Notes: generated by a model not told the origin, from the letters alone. A stretch of 64,000 nucleotides of DNA from Spirochaetia bacterium (GCA_963677925.2 CAXXYH010000004.1:2400001-2464000); one strand, 5' to 3'; shown: positions 19,716 through 29,337, counted from the first letter of the stretch. Program-made: numbers and translations.

Positions 19716-19985
19716 TTAGAAGCGTCTTGGGCCTCGTTCCTTTTCAATTGATTCGTTCACTTTTATGCTTCGGCCTTCAATTTCAGTACCATTGAGCGCA
19801 GAGATTGCAGCCTGTGCTGAATCCTCGTCCTCCATCTCTACGAAACCGAAGCCCTTGGAGCGATTGGTTTCTCTGTCCATGATAATTTTTGCACTAACAA
19901 CAGGTCCGAACTGACCGAACAGCTCCTCAAGCCCTTCGTTGCGCATTCTGTAGTTTAAGTTCCCTACATAAATTTTCTTTGACAA
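19716..19985 (-). CDS. RRM-domain RNA-binding protein
   Basis: RNP2 IYVGNL and RNP1 KGFGFVEM. Confidence 0.95.
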   Translation of the reverse strand: MSKKIYVGNLNYRMRNEGLEELFGQFGPVVSAKIIMDRETNRSKGFGFVEMEDEDSAQAAISALNGTEIEGRSIKVNESIEKERGPRRF

Positions 19986-20121
19986 TTTAGCATCCTCACC
20001 GGTGTATTACCGGTATTAAAAAATAAATACACTGAACAGAAAATCTGTCTTAACCAGTTATTTCATCTTTAACAGTAATTAAACCGTTTGTCAATCAGTA
20101 AAAAAATAAGTTGTAAAAACC

Positions 20122-21501
20122 TTATTTTTCTTCCGGCTTATCAAATACAACCACCGTTCCGTTAAAATCAAGTACATCTCCGCTTTTCAGTATATGCTGC
20201 TTTTTAAACCGGTTGTTTACCTTAAACTCATCATCAGCCGCTACGGTGTAGTTACCTACGGTCTTGTCGTATACTATTGTTGCGTGTGATTCTCTTAAAG
20301 ACGGATTCCCGGCTACGGTCATATCGGCCCGATCTCCAGCTCCAATCACTGTTACCTCATTTGTCAGATTTACTCTTGTTACCTGAGAAAAAGGTTTATC
20401 TGTATTGAGAATATTGATTTCTGCCGACTTTGCAGCATGTTCCCATACAAGCAGAAGCATTGCGGCAATAATACCTGCGGCAAGCAGAAGCGGAATCAGA
20501 AACAGCCAGCTGAATCCGTTCTCAGGCAGTCCAAGAAAGTGGGGTACATAGAATGCCGACTGACTTTCCTGATTGTCCACCTTCAAAATTATGTCATTAA
20601 CCTCTGTCCGGCTGTATGAGGGGCGGAAGCGTACCCGGTATTCTTTTCTTATCTCTTCACGTATAGTACTGTAGACATTCTCAAGTTGTTCCCTGTCTGT
20701 TGCGTCAAAACTTCTGCCGCCTGTAGCCTCAGCAATTCTGGAAAGTTCAGGATCCCTGTCAGCTCCTATATGTACCGCATATATACTGATGCCTTCCTCC
20801 AGCATTTTTTCTATAACTTCATCCGGTGCGGTTTCCTCACCCGCATAGAGAGGATGCTCACTTCCTGAAAGCGAGTAGGGATAATTTTCTCCGTCTGAAA
20901 GAACAATCATTGCCCGCCGGCCGGTAAACGCTGCAAGTTCAGCAGAGGCCTTGTCCATGGACAGGTAGAGCTCTGTGAATGCTTCATCATCCGCCGGTTC
21001 CTGAATCTTCTGAAGTGAGGATTTCTGTGTTCCTGAGATTCCAGCAATAGGTGAAAGCGGTGTGTAGTATGTATTGAAAGAGGCGATACCTATCTTATCA
21101 AGCGGATTATCTATACTGCTTAGAAAAGATTCTACAGCATGAACTGCAGTCTGATATCTGCTCTCATCGCCTATATTCCATTTATGCATTGAACCTGAAT
21201 TATCCAGCAGCAGAAGAAAGCTGATGCCCTGCTGTTCAGGGGCTTCCTGTTCTATACTCCGTATTTTCTGTTCTTTCATATTTCCCTTTGCATCGGGAAT
21301 ATAAAGCTGAATCTTTTCCGATCCGTCCAGTGTTCTCGGATTACCGTCAGCATCTCTTGGCAGAAAGAACAGATCCAAAGTTCCGTCGATCAAAAGCCTG
21401 CGGTTTTCTATCTGGGTAATATCAATACTCTGAGCAAACAAAGATGAAACTGATAATAATAATATAGCTGAAGCTAATAATTTCTTCATAATATTCTCCA
21501 T
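20122..21501 (-). CDS. Signal peptide-vWA-TM-FHA protein
   Basis: Signal peptide (SLFA); MIDAS DNSGS...LSDGE; IAEATGG; one TM; C-terminal FHA-like IG...HA.I...LKSGDV. Confidence 0.85.
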   Translation of the reverse strand: MENIMKKLLASAILLLSVSSLFAQSIDITQIENRRLLIDGTLDLFFLPRDADGNPRTLDGSEKIQLYIPDAKGNMKEQKIRSIEQEAPEQQGISFLLLLDNSGSMHKWNIGDESRYQTAVHAVESFLSSIDNPLDKIGIASFNTYYTPLSPIAGISGTQKSSLQKIQEPADDEAFTELYLSMDKASAELAAFTGRRAMIVLSDGENYPYSLSGSEHPLYAGEETAPDEVIEKMLEEGISIYAVHIGADRDPELSRIAEATGGRSFDATDREQLENVYSTIREEIRKEYRVRFRPSYSRTEVNDIILKVDNQESQSAFYVPHFLGLPENGFSWLFLIPLLLAAGIIAAMLLLVWEHAAKSAEINILNTDKPFSQVTRVNLTNEVTVIGAGDRADMTVAGNPSLRESHATIVYDKTVGNYTVAADDEFKVNNRFKKQHILKSGDVLDFNGTVVVFDKPEEK

Positions 21502-21503
21502 AA

Positions 21504-22391
21504 CTAAGGTATAAATCTTAGTACCGTCCGTCCGCAGCGGATAACATCTTCATATTTAAGCTGGCAGTCCCCATCGACGGCCCGGTCATTGATGTAAAGC
21601 TTTTTATCCGAAGCCTTTTTTTCAATGTGAAGACTGCCTGACTGCCGGTACACCCTGGCATGAAACTCTGCAACAGCAGAGTCTCCGGGCAGGACAATAT
21701 CAGCCTTGTCTGCGGAGCCTATAAGGCTTGAAGTTCTTGAAATAATGAACTCTTTACCCTTAAATTTTCCATTAACCACTTTCAGCACACCGTACCGGCC
21801 TACAGCATCAGCAATACTGAGCCCGGCTCCGATGAATATTCCCATAAAAATAAAACCGGCAAGTCTTAGCCCGGAAGGTGCAACAATGCTCAATGAGTTA
21901 AGTCCTTCGTAAGCCAGCCCTCCGGCAAGTCCGCCAACCAGTCCGCCGGCAAGTCCGAAAAGAAGTCTTCTAAGTGATTTAGTCCGTACGCCTTCAATTA
22001 TTCCCAGAATACCGCCAAGAACTGTCCAGCCAGGAATCCTTGCCTTCGGCAGATAACTGGTCTGTATATCATTAATTGAAGCGCTTCCTGCTCCCGTTAC
22101 AGAAAATAAAAGCCCCTGGGCTATCAGGATGGCCAGGGCACCGGCAGTAAAGCCGAAAATCAGACCGAAAAGCGCACCGTTTGCCGCCTTCGATTTTATT
22201 GAAAGTGCAATTCCTTCACCCAGTCCGATTACTGCTCCGTAAACAGCACCGATAAAACCTCCGGTGATGATCAGATGCAGGTAAAAGGAGCCTCCGTTCA
22301 TGATCATAAGAGATTCAGTGGCAAACCACACTATGCCTCCTGCCGCCAATCCGAGCAGCAGATATATAATCTTTTTAATAGTTTTAGTCAT
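21504..22391 (-). CDS. Gly-rich polytopic membrane protein with C-terminal FHA domain
   Basis: About 6 Gly-rich TM segments, then LKVVNG...LIGS...HARV...LKYEDVIRCG. Confidence 0.8.
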   Translation of the reverse strand: MTKTIKKIIYLLLGLAAGGIVWFATESLMIMNGGSFYLHLIITGGFIGAVYGAVIGLGEGIALSIKSKAANGALFGLIFGFTAGALAILIAQGLLFSVTGAGSASINDIQTSYLPKARIPGWTVLGGILGIIEGVRTKSLRRLLFGLAGGLVGGLAGGLAYEGLNSLSIVAPSGLRLAGFIFMGIFIGAGLSIADAVGRYGVLKVVNGKFKGKEFIISRTSSLIGSADKADIVLPGDSAVAEFHARVYRQSGSLHIEKKASDKKLYINDRAVDGDCQLKYEDVIRCGRTVLRFIP

Positions 22392-22416
22392 TACGCTAAC
22401 TCCCTGCTGTGATGTT

Positions 22417-24321
22417 CTACTTTCTCAGCAATTGAATATTTCCATCTACTTCAGTAATTCTCAGTTCAATCTTCTCACCTGAAACGATACTTAAATCCAG
22501 CCTTGTTCTGGAGCCCCATCTTGATGCCTCAAATCTGTAGCGCCCCGGAGACAGGTTCATACTCTCAGGAATGCTGTCATGCAGATTCCATGCTTCCATT
22601 CTTGTTACAGGACTTCCGCTGCTGTCATCTTCCATATATAAATCAATCCAGGATGTCCCGTTTACCGTCAAATCAATATTCTCATTGCCTGTATCAAGGA
22701 TTATAAGAGCCGGTTTCGGCAGGAGTACCGCTTCAATTTTCAGAGCACTGATTTCTTCTCCCAGAAAAAGGGAGTAATCCTGTCCTATATAGCCGTCAGC
22801 CGTAAGTCTGAAAAGATGAACATCTCCGGACTCGATAGTCGTTATATCCGATAGCGGAATGAACCCACGGTTTGTTTTCATACTTATTTGAGTATCCTGA
22901 CCGATATCTTTTCCGCTCACCGCATCTCTTATATCGAGAGCTACGGACAGTTCTGATGGAGCCGGTTCTGGAATACTGAAAGTTTTTACAGTTTCAGGAT
23001 AAATATCCGACCCGCTGTGAAGTCTTTTCTGCTCCCTGCCGGACGGGAGATATACAGAGCCCCAGAAGATATCGGGACCGCAGGTGATTTTAATTCGGTA
23101 TATCCCTGTTTTCAGATACAGGGGCAGCGTTGAGAATGTGGAATCTGTGTTTTCAGAATTTATAAACTCAGGAATTTTAAACATTGCCGGCTTTACCACA
23201 AGCGGAATTTCAGCATTTTCTTCTGAAAAGACAGCAGCTGAAACCGGTAGATTGTGAAAATATCCTGCATTTTCGGGCAACGAAAAAGTTATTCTAAGTC
23301 TGCCGTCTGTATTCCCCTTAAAAATTGGATGGAATACCGTACTTTTAATTCCTGCAGTGAATAAAAGAGCAACAGCCGCCGCAGCAATTACGGATCGCGT
23401 GACTATTCTTATCAGATTTTTCCTGGGTTTCAGAAGCTGTTCATTTTCTTCAAGGCGCACCATAGAACCCAGTTTTTCGCGAATTGCCTCTTTGTCGTAG
23501 TATTTAAGCAGCTTTTCTGTTCTTCTGATTATCTGCTCTACTGTCTGATACCTTCCTTTCGGTGAGGTTTTCATACAGCCTCTGATAATTCTTACAAGCT
23601 GCCTGGATATTTCGGGAACATATTTTCTCGGGTTCCGGTATTTTCCTTTCTGCTTTGCATGTATCAGTTCCGGAGAGAACCCGCCTGTAAAGGGCTGCTT
23701 TCCTGTGAGCATCTCGTATGCCATTACCCCCAGAGCATATATATCAGCCCTCGCGTCTACATTTCTTGAATTCTGAAACTGTTCGGGAGCCATATAGGAC
23801 GGGGTTCCAAGCGTCATTCCCTCGCGGGTAAGTCCAGAATCAACATCCTCAGTTGATGCAGCAATTCCGAAGTCTGCAAGCTTGATTGCGCCGTCTCTTG
23901 ATAACAGCAGATTGGCAGGTTTTATATCTCTGTGTACTACGCCGCGCTTATGAGCATAACCCAGTGCCCTTGCACAGTGCAGCAGGATATATGCCGCTGT
24001 CACTGAATCAAGATATCTGTGCTCTTTGATAAGTCCTTCAAGTGATGTTCCCTCAACATATTCCATTACAATGAAGTATGAACTACCTTCCTTGAAATGA
24101 TCGAATACCGTGACAATATCATCGTGTCTGAAATCCATCAGAATTCTGGCTTCGCGCTTAAAGCGTTCGGAGAAGGCCGATTTCCCGCGAAGGGTAAGTT
24201 TTTTAAGGATTACGGGTCTGTTAAGAGTAGGGTGCATAGCTTTGTAAACCGCGCCCATACCTCCCTTGGCAATAAGGTCAACCTCTCCGTATTTATCAAT
24301 CTTCTCAGGCTCTTTTCCCAT
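22417..24321 (-). CDS. Hanks-type Ser/Thr protein kinase with TM and extracytoplasmic region
   Basis: GGMGAVY, HRDIKPAN, DFG, GTPSYMAPE and DIYALG; a TM after the kinase domain. Confidence 0.95.
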   Translation of the reverse strand: MGKEPEKIDKYGEVDLIAKGGMGAVYKAMHPTLNRPVILKKLTLRGKSAFSERFKREARILMDFRHDDIVTVFDHFKEGSSYFIVMEYVEGTSLEGLIKEHRYLDSVTAAYILLHCARALGYAHKRGVVHRDIKPANLLLSRDGAIKLADFGIAASTEDVDSGLTREGMTLGTPSYMAPEQFQNSRNVDARADIYALGVMAYEMLTGKQPFTGGFSPELIHAKQKGKYRNPRKYVPEISRQLVRIIRGCMKTSPKGRYQTVEQIIRRTEKLLKYYDKEAIREKLGSMVRLEENEQLLKPRKNLIRIVTRSVIAAAAVALLFTAGIKSTVFHPIFKGNTDGRLRITFSLPENAGYFHNLPVSAAVFSEENAEIPLVVKPAMFKIPEFINSENTDSTFSTLPLYLKTGIYRIKITCGPDIFWGSVYLPSGREQKRLHSGSDIYPETVKTFSIPEPAPSELSVALDIRDAVSGKDIGQDTQISMKTNRGFIPLSDITTIESGDVHLFRLTADGYIGQDYSLFLGEEISALKIEAVLLPKPALIILDTGNENIDLTVNGTSWIDLYMEDDSSGSPVTRMEAWNLHDSIPESMNLSPGRYRFEASRWGSRTRLDLSIVSGEKIELRITEVDGNIQLLRK

Positions 24322-24341
24322 AAATAGTTCTGTTCCTTATA

Positions 24342-25346
24342 TTAAATTCTGCTGATCCGGATAATCTGCTTGTGGGGAATAAAATCTTCCCCCCTGAATA
24401 CAACAGCCGCTATTTCCTCTGATGGATGGTTAATCTGTATGTACCTGTCTGAAGCCCGAAGTGCATAAAGACCGTTTACAGGTCTGTGTCCGCCGAAGCA
24501 TAATGCGGAAGGATGATCAGGAAAAAGATTATCAAGTGTCTGTTCAACACTCCCTTCCTCCGCGGCTTCGTTATCAGTCCAGGTCAGGCCGTAAAGGACT
24601 TCATCATCCTCGTAAGCATTTATTAATTCCTTGCGGCTGAAAGTCCGTACAGGTTCCGCATGTGTAACCAGAAACCTCTCACCGACAGCTGCAAGCGGTA
24701 ATGTTTTTTCATAATCATAGATCAGATCGAAGCATTCTTTTCCAAGAAACTTCTCTGTCCAGACTTTTACCATTTCACCTTCATTAACAAACTTTCTAAA
24801 AGGGTAGTTTCCTTCTCCCATCTCATTGGCAATATTCTCATGGTTTCCTTTAAGGAAAAAAAAGTTTTCCGGAAAACTCTGAAGCAGTACCAGAATCATC
24901 TGTAGCAGCCTCAGATTATCGGACATTTCCTGATCCATGGAACCATGTTTTACAAAACCCTCCATAAATTCCACATACGCCAGGGACCATCTGCCTCTGA
25001 CTCTTGCTTCACCATGAAAGGCGTCTCCTACACAGACTACATTAGCTGTGCCCTGAGCGAGCATCCGGAGAAATGAATCTCCTTTCACGAGCGGTATTGT
25101 AAGTGCATTGTACAGGAAATCACGTCTTCCATGAAGGTCCGGAATAATTAATGTAGGTAACCCGGATTTTAGTGAGATTAGACTTCCAGGCATTCCTGAA
25201 TCCGCGGCAGGGCGAATTTCATCAGACAGTCCGTTAAGGCTGTCTATAGTTTTTCTGAGTTCAGTGGCAAGTGCCGCCCCCTTGGGGGTAGAGGCACTGT
25301 CACGTAATCGAGCTAATAATGAACTGACAACTTTATAGGTATTCAT
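24342..25346 (-). CDS. Calcineurin-like metallophosphoesterase (putative protein phosphatase)
   Basis: PDLHG, GDAFHG, GNHE, THA and GGHR metal-ligand motifs. Confidence 0.8.
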   Translation of the reverse strand: MNTYKVVSSLLARLRDSASTPKGAALATELRKTIDSLNGLSDEIRPAADSGMPGSLISLKSGLPTLIIPDLHGRRDFLYNALTIPLVKGDSFLRMLAQGTANVVCVGDAFHGEARVRGRWSLAYVEFMEGFVKHGSMDQEMSDNLRLLQMILVLLQSFPENFFFLKGNHENIANEMGEGNYPFRKFVNEGEMVKVWTEKFLGKECFDLIYDYEKTLPLAAVGERFLVTHAEPVRTFSRKELINAYEDDEVLYGLTWTDNEAAEEGSVEQTLDNLFPDHPSALCFGGHRPVNGLYALRASDRYIQINHPSEEIAAVVFRGEDFIPHKQIIRISRI

Positions 25347-25356
25347 CAGTTAAGAA

Positions 25357-25893
25357 TTATTCTCCGGCAATAATTGTTCTGTTTACTTCAGTAAAATCTT
25401 CGGCAAGTATCTGTGTAACTTCAGCCAGCTGTTCTTCTTCATCTTCGGCTTCCAGCTCATCAGAGAAAACTGCCATCTTATATATCGGCGAACTGCTCTT
25501 AACAGGACCGGATTTAAATTTTACCGATTCACCGGCCTGTACCATTGCATCAAGAACTGCATCTTCCGATTCAGCAAACTCGGGAACATCCTCCCTCATT
25601 CCAATGCTTGCATAGGTCGCAGTTCTTTTACCGTCTACAATCGGCCCGACAGAAAGAAGTGAACCTGAATAGGTAAGCAGAAGAACTCCTCCGTTTTCAT
25701 CGTAGGGATCGAATTCGTCGACCATTTCCATTTTTCTTACCAGGATCTGATGAACAAAGGCATCTTCTTTTTCTTTCCATGCTCTTGCCAGTGTTTCAAG
25801 AGCTTCACCGTCATCTTCAATTTTTACCGATTTTCTAAGACTGCTGATATGATCAGCAACTTTCGGATCTAATTCATCAAAATATTCTGCCAT
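25357..25893 (-). CDS. Acidic hypothetical protein; paralog of the N-terminal domain of 26022..26885
   Basis: GGAGG RBS; 178-aa ORF that aligns by eye with the divergent neighbour. Confidence 0.8.
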   Translation of the reverse strand: MAEYFDELDPKVADHISSLRKSVKIEDDGEALETLARAWKEKEDAFVHQILVRKMEMVDEFDPYDENGGVLLLTYSGSLLSVGPIVDGKRTATYASIGMREDVPEFAESEDAVLDAMVQAGESVKFKSGPVKSSSPIYKMAVFSDELEAEDEEEQLAEVTQILAEDFTEVNRTIIAGE

Positions 25894-26021
25894 TTTGCAT
25901 CCTCCATCCTCGTTAACTTATACCGGTTTTCCAGAAAATTCCAAAAAAATCGGAAAAAATTGAAAAATGATGTATAATTATCCTGTATAAAGCCTGATAC
26001 ATATGGAAAACAGGAGGCAGT

Positions 26022-26885
26022 ATGGCTTTCAATAAATTACCTGCGGATATACAAAAACACATCACCGGACTTGTAAAACTTATTCCGGATGCCGGGGAGG
26101 AAACACTGGAGTTATACTCTGATGTCTGGATGGAAAAAGACAGGATGTTCAGGAGTCAGATGTCCTCAGTCGGCATGAAGCTTGTTGAGACTGCGGACCC
26201 CGGAGAGGGGAACGGGATCCTTGCCCTTACCAATTCCGGTTCGCTTGTAAGTTTGAGTCCAGGAAAGGAAGAACGGGTTCTTGAATATTCAAGTATCAAA
26301 CTGCGTACTGATGTTCCGGATATAATTATAGATAAAATATCCAAGCTCCCGGAATCAATTAAAAACGGAAGACCTGTTGTTTTTCCTGAAGGCCGGGTAA
26401 GCAGAACCAGCCCGGTACATCTGATAGCAGTCTGTCCTGCAGAGGTTCCGCAGGAAGAGCAGGACAAGCGAGTCAGGGAAGCCACAATCTTTTTAACCAA
26501 CGGATTTATGAAACTTAACCGCAGTCTGCACCTAGATCCTGCAAATGTTCCGGATCAGTACACGATGAAAAGCATGGTCAGGTATGTTGCTAAAAAAAAC
26601 AGTATGACTGCAGGTGATGTTAAAACTGTAATTGATGATTTTCTTTATCTCATCGAAACGGGCTTAACACTTGGAGAGACCGTTCCTCTGGGAAGAATCG
26701 GCCGTTTCAGTGTTAAGAAAAAGGATGCTCAAAGAGCAAGGATCGTAAGACATCCCGCTACCGGAGAAGAGATTACAGTAGAGGCCAAACCCTCAGTTGT
26801 AGTGCCCAAAATATCTTTCTCCAGTTATCTTAAGGAACAGCTTGCCGAGTTGCCGATATCAGAGAATGATACGATAGAACGCTGA
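26022..26885 (+). CDS. Unknown N-terminal domain fused to an HU/IHF-like DNA-binding domain
   Basis: GGAGG RBS; C-terminal GETVPLGRIGRFSV...RHPATGEEITVEAK...FSSYLKE matches the HU fold pattern. Confidence 0.85.
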   Translation: MAFNKLPADIQKHITGLVKLIPDAGEETLELYSDVWMEKDRMFRSQMSSVGMKLVETADPGEGNGILALTNSGSLVSLSPGKEERVLEYSSIKLRTDVPDIIIDKISKLPESIKNGRPVVFPEGRVSRTSPVHLIAVCPAEVPQEEQDKRVREATIFLTNGFMKLNRSLHLDPANVPDQYTMKSMVRYVAKKNSMTAGDVKTVIDDFLYLIETGLTLGETVPLGRIGRFSVKKKDAQRARIVRHPATGEEITVEAKPSVVVPKISFSSYLKEQLAELPISENDTIER

Positions 26886-26917
26886 CTTTTTTTTGAGAAC
26901 AGTTTATTCTACAATAT

Positions 26918-29086
26918 ATGAGCAGTCCATTTCTTTCGACATCAGAGAAAAGCCGGGGGCTTAAGCACCATTATCGTCACCAGCTGCTAAACGGCATCGG
27001 ATTTAACTTTCTGGGCGATACACCTGTATATCTGCTGGCCTTATATTTCGGGGCAACCAATACAGAGCTTGGATTTATAAGTTCTGTTCTGTATGTTGCA
27101 GGTATTCTTCTTTCAATTACCCCCAGGCTGCTTGCCGGTAAAGATATCGTAAAAATTCAGTATCTTGCATGGCTTATTCGCGGAGTTCTCTGTCTTTCCT
27201 ATACAGCTCTGTTTTTTTTACAGGGACGAGCGGCTGTATGGCTGATACTGATAACATATACGCTTTTCTGCTCATCACGAATCGTCGGAGCGTCTATGTA
27301 TCAGCCGCTGATCCGGATGATTTCCACTACCCGCAACCGGGGGAATGTTCTTGCAGGCTCTTCGCTGAGATTTCAGATTTCAGCTACTCTTTCAAAGGTA
27401 ATCAGTTTTGCAGTTACATCACTAAAGCATCTGGGAGGAGTGACCGGAATTCTTTTTATGACTCTCGGCGGTGTGATTATTAACACCTTTGCCGCGCTTG
27501 AGATTAAAAAAATTCCATGCAGGGAGAAAGTCAGATATAAAAAAGGAAGAAATGTCTTTGTTATCTTTCTTGAATCCGTAAAAGTAAGAAATCTCCGGCA
27601 GCGAATAATTCTCTCAATAATAAACGCAGGGCTGATTGTTCTTTTCGGGTTTGCTGTTCCATTTCTGCGTAATGATGCCGGGTTTTCAAATTCCGAAGTT
27701 TTTCTTGTAACAGTGACCGCCGGGATTGCTACCATTGCCTCTGCTTATTTTTCAAAGGGGTTCGCAGATCGCCTGGGGAGCCGTCCGCTTATAATCTGGG
27801 TAATTGTACTTCTTACAGCCGCGTCACTTCTCTGGGCTTTACTTCCGTATACTCCCTACAAAGCGGTCTACTATCTCGCTCTTTTTCTTTCAACATTTTT
27901 TCTCAGAGCCAATGACCTTCTGGTAAACAGGCTTATTGTAGGAAGCATGCCTGAAAATGATTCGGTCGGTTTTTCAAGTATGCTGAACTTTTTTATAGCG
28001 TTTTTTGCTCTGATAATCGGTATTACAGGCGGAAAGCTGGCTGATTTCTCAAAAATCAGTGACTCTTTTGCTGCTGTAAACGGATATTCCTTCACCTTTA
28101 TATTTGCGGCTGTGCTATGTCTGTTTTCTCTGTTTATTTCTCTCAGGATAAAAGAAAGCGGTTCAATTTCACCTGCTGAGGCTGCTTCCATAATTTTTTC
28201 CCCGTCAAATCTTTCGACATATCAGAGTATTTCCAAACTTGATTCAACTGAAAACGCCATCCAGCGTAAAACACTACTGATGAATATCGGACTTAATAAT
28301 TCCAAAATGGCAACGGATGAGATCCGAAACATTTTATCCAGCCCTCTCTCTTCCGATAAAGGCGAATTAATTACTTCACTGTATACAAACCATCGGCCGA
28401 TTCTTCTTCCTGAACTTCTGCATGAAGCTGAGGAACCTTATTCATATCACCGGCTGAAGGCTATATTTGCTCTGGGCGCATATCCCTCGGTTGAAACCCA
28501 GGATCTGCTGTTAAGGCTGCTTGATGATCAGGATCCGGCTGTTGTTTCAAATGCAGCCAAATCTCTTGGCAGGATAGGCTGTACAACCGCTTATGATAAG
28601 GTTAAAAAACTTGCATCATTTCCGACCACGATCTGGAACACACTTAATTTCATTATTGCCATGTATCATCTCGATACAGGTGGAGAATATTTGAATGATA
28701 TCTTCTCGGTAGACAAAACAGCCAACGGGGATACTTTTAACCAGACCGTGTACAGTCTTTATGCAAACCTGTACCAGATGGAGCCTCCGCTCTCAGTTAT
28801 TTTCCAGGAGAGAAATATGATGAAGGGGCAGGGACTTCGGGATTTCCTGGATGAAGCACGAGAAGAGGAGAAATTTCTTCATAATCATCGAAATTTTCTT
28901 GAGTGGTTCAGGGATGATGAACTCGAAAATATCTGGAACCTCTGTAAGGATATACTTCAGACAAAGACCGTCCCTGATTATTATTCGGGCATAAAAAAAA
29001 GCATCATCAAATTCCCTTCTGACAAAGGAGCTTATGATGATGCTTTAGCAGCAGTATATTTTACATATCAGCTGCTTAAGATGTAG
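26918..29086 (+). CDS. MFS-like transporter fused to HEAT repeats
   Basis: About 12 TM with ADRLGSRP; then AIFALG...LLRLLDDQDPAVVSNAAKSLGRIG. Confidence 0.75.
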   Translation: MSSPFLSTSEKSRGLKHHYRHQLLNGIGFNFLGDTPVYLLALYFGATNTELGFISSVLYVAGILLSITPRLLAGKDIVKIQYLAWLIRGVLCLSYTALFFLQGRAAVWLILITYTLFCSSRIVGASMYQPLIRMISTTRNRGNVLAGSSLRFQISATLSKVISFAVTSLKHLGGVTGILFMTLGGVIINTFAALEIKKIPCREKVRYKKGRNVFVIFLESVKVRNLRQRIILSIINAGLIVLFGFAVPFLRNDAGFSNSEVFLVTVTAGIATIASAYFSKGFADRLGSRPLIIWVIVLLTAASLLWALLPYTPYKAVYYLALFLSTFFLRANDLLVNRLIVGSMPENDSVGFSSMLNFFIAFFALIIGITGGKLADFSKISDSFAAVNGYSFTFIFAAVLCLFSLFISLRIKESGSISPAEAASIIFSPSNLSTYQSISKLDSTENAIQRKTLLMNIGLNNSKMATDEIRNILSSPLSSDKGELITSLYTNHRPILLPELLHEAEEPYSYHRLKAIFALGAYPSVETQDLLLRLLDDQDPAVVSNAAKSLGRIGCTTAYDKVKKLASFPTTIWNTLNFIIAMYHLDTGGEYLNDIFSVDKTANGDTFNQTVYSLYANLYQMEPPLSVIFQERNMMKGQGLRDFLDEAREEEKFLHNHRNFLEWFRDDELENIWNLCKDILQTKTVPDYYSGIKKSIIKFPSDKGAYDDALAAVYFTYQLLKM

Positions 29087-29337
29087 CCTTGCATTCAATT
29101 CAAACAGGCAACAGGATTTTTACATCCAACTTTTTATAATTTACCTTTTTCTTTGTTTTTAAATTCAATTTTATAAATTATCTTAACTTTTTTGTTTTTC
29201 AAAAATAGTATCTTATTTTCTAATAGATTTAACACATATACAAGAAAAATGCTTTCTTTCGGCATACCACTTTGGTGGTATATATTAGTCAAGATTCCTG
29301 ATGCTCCATAAATAATGTAAAGATGTTAACTTTATAA

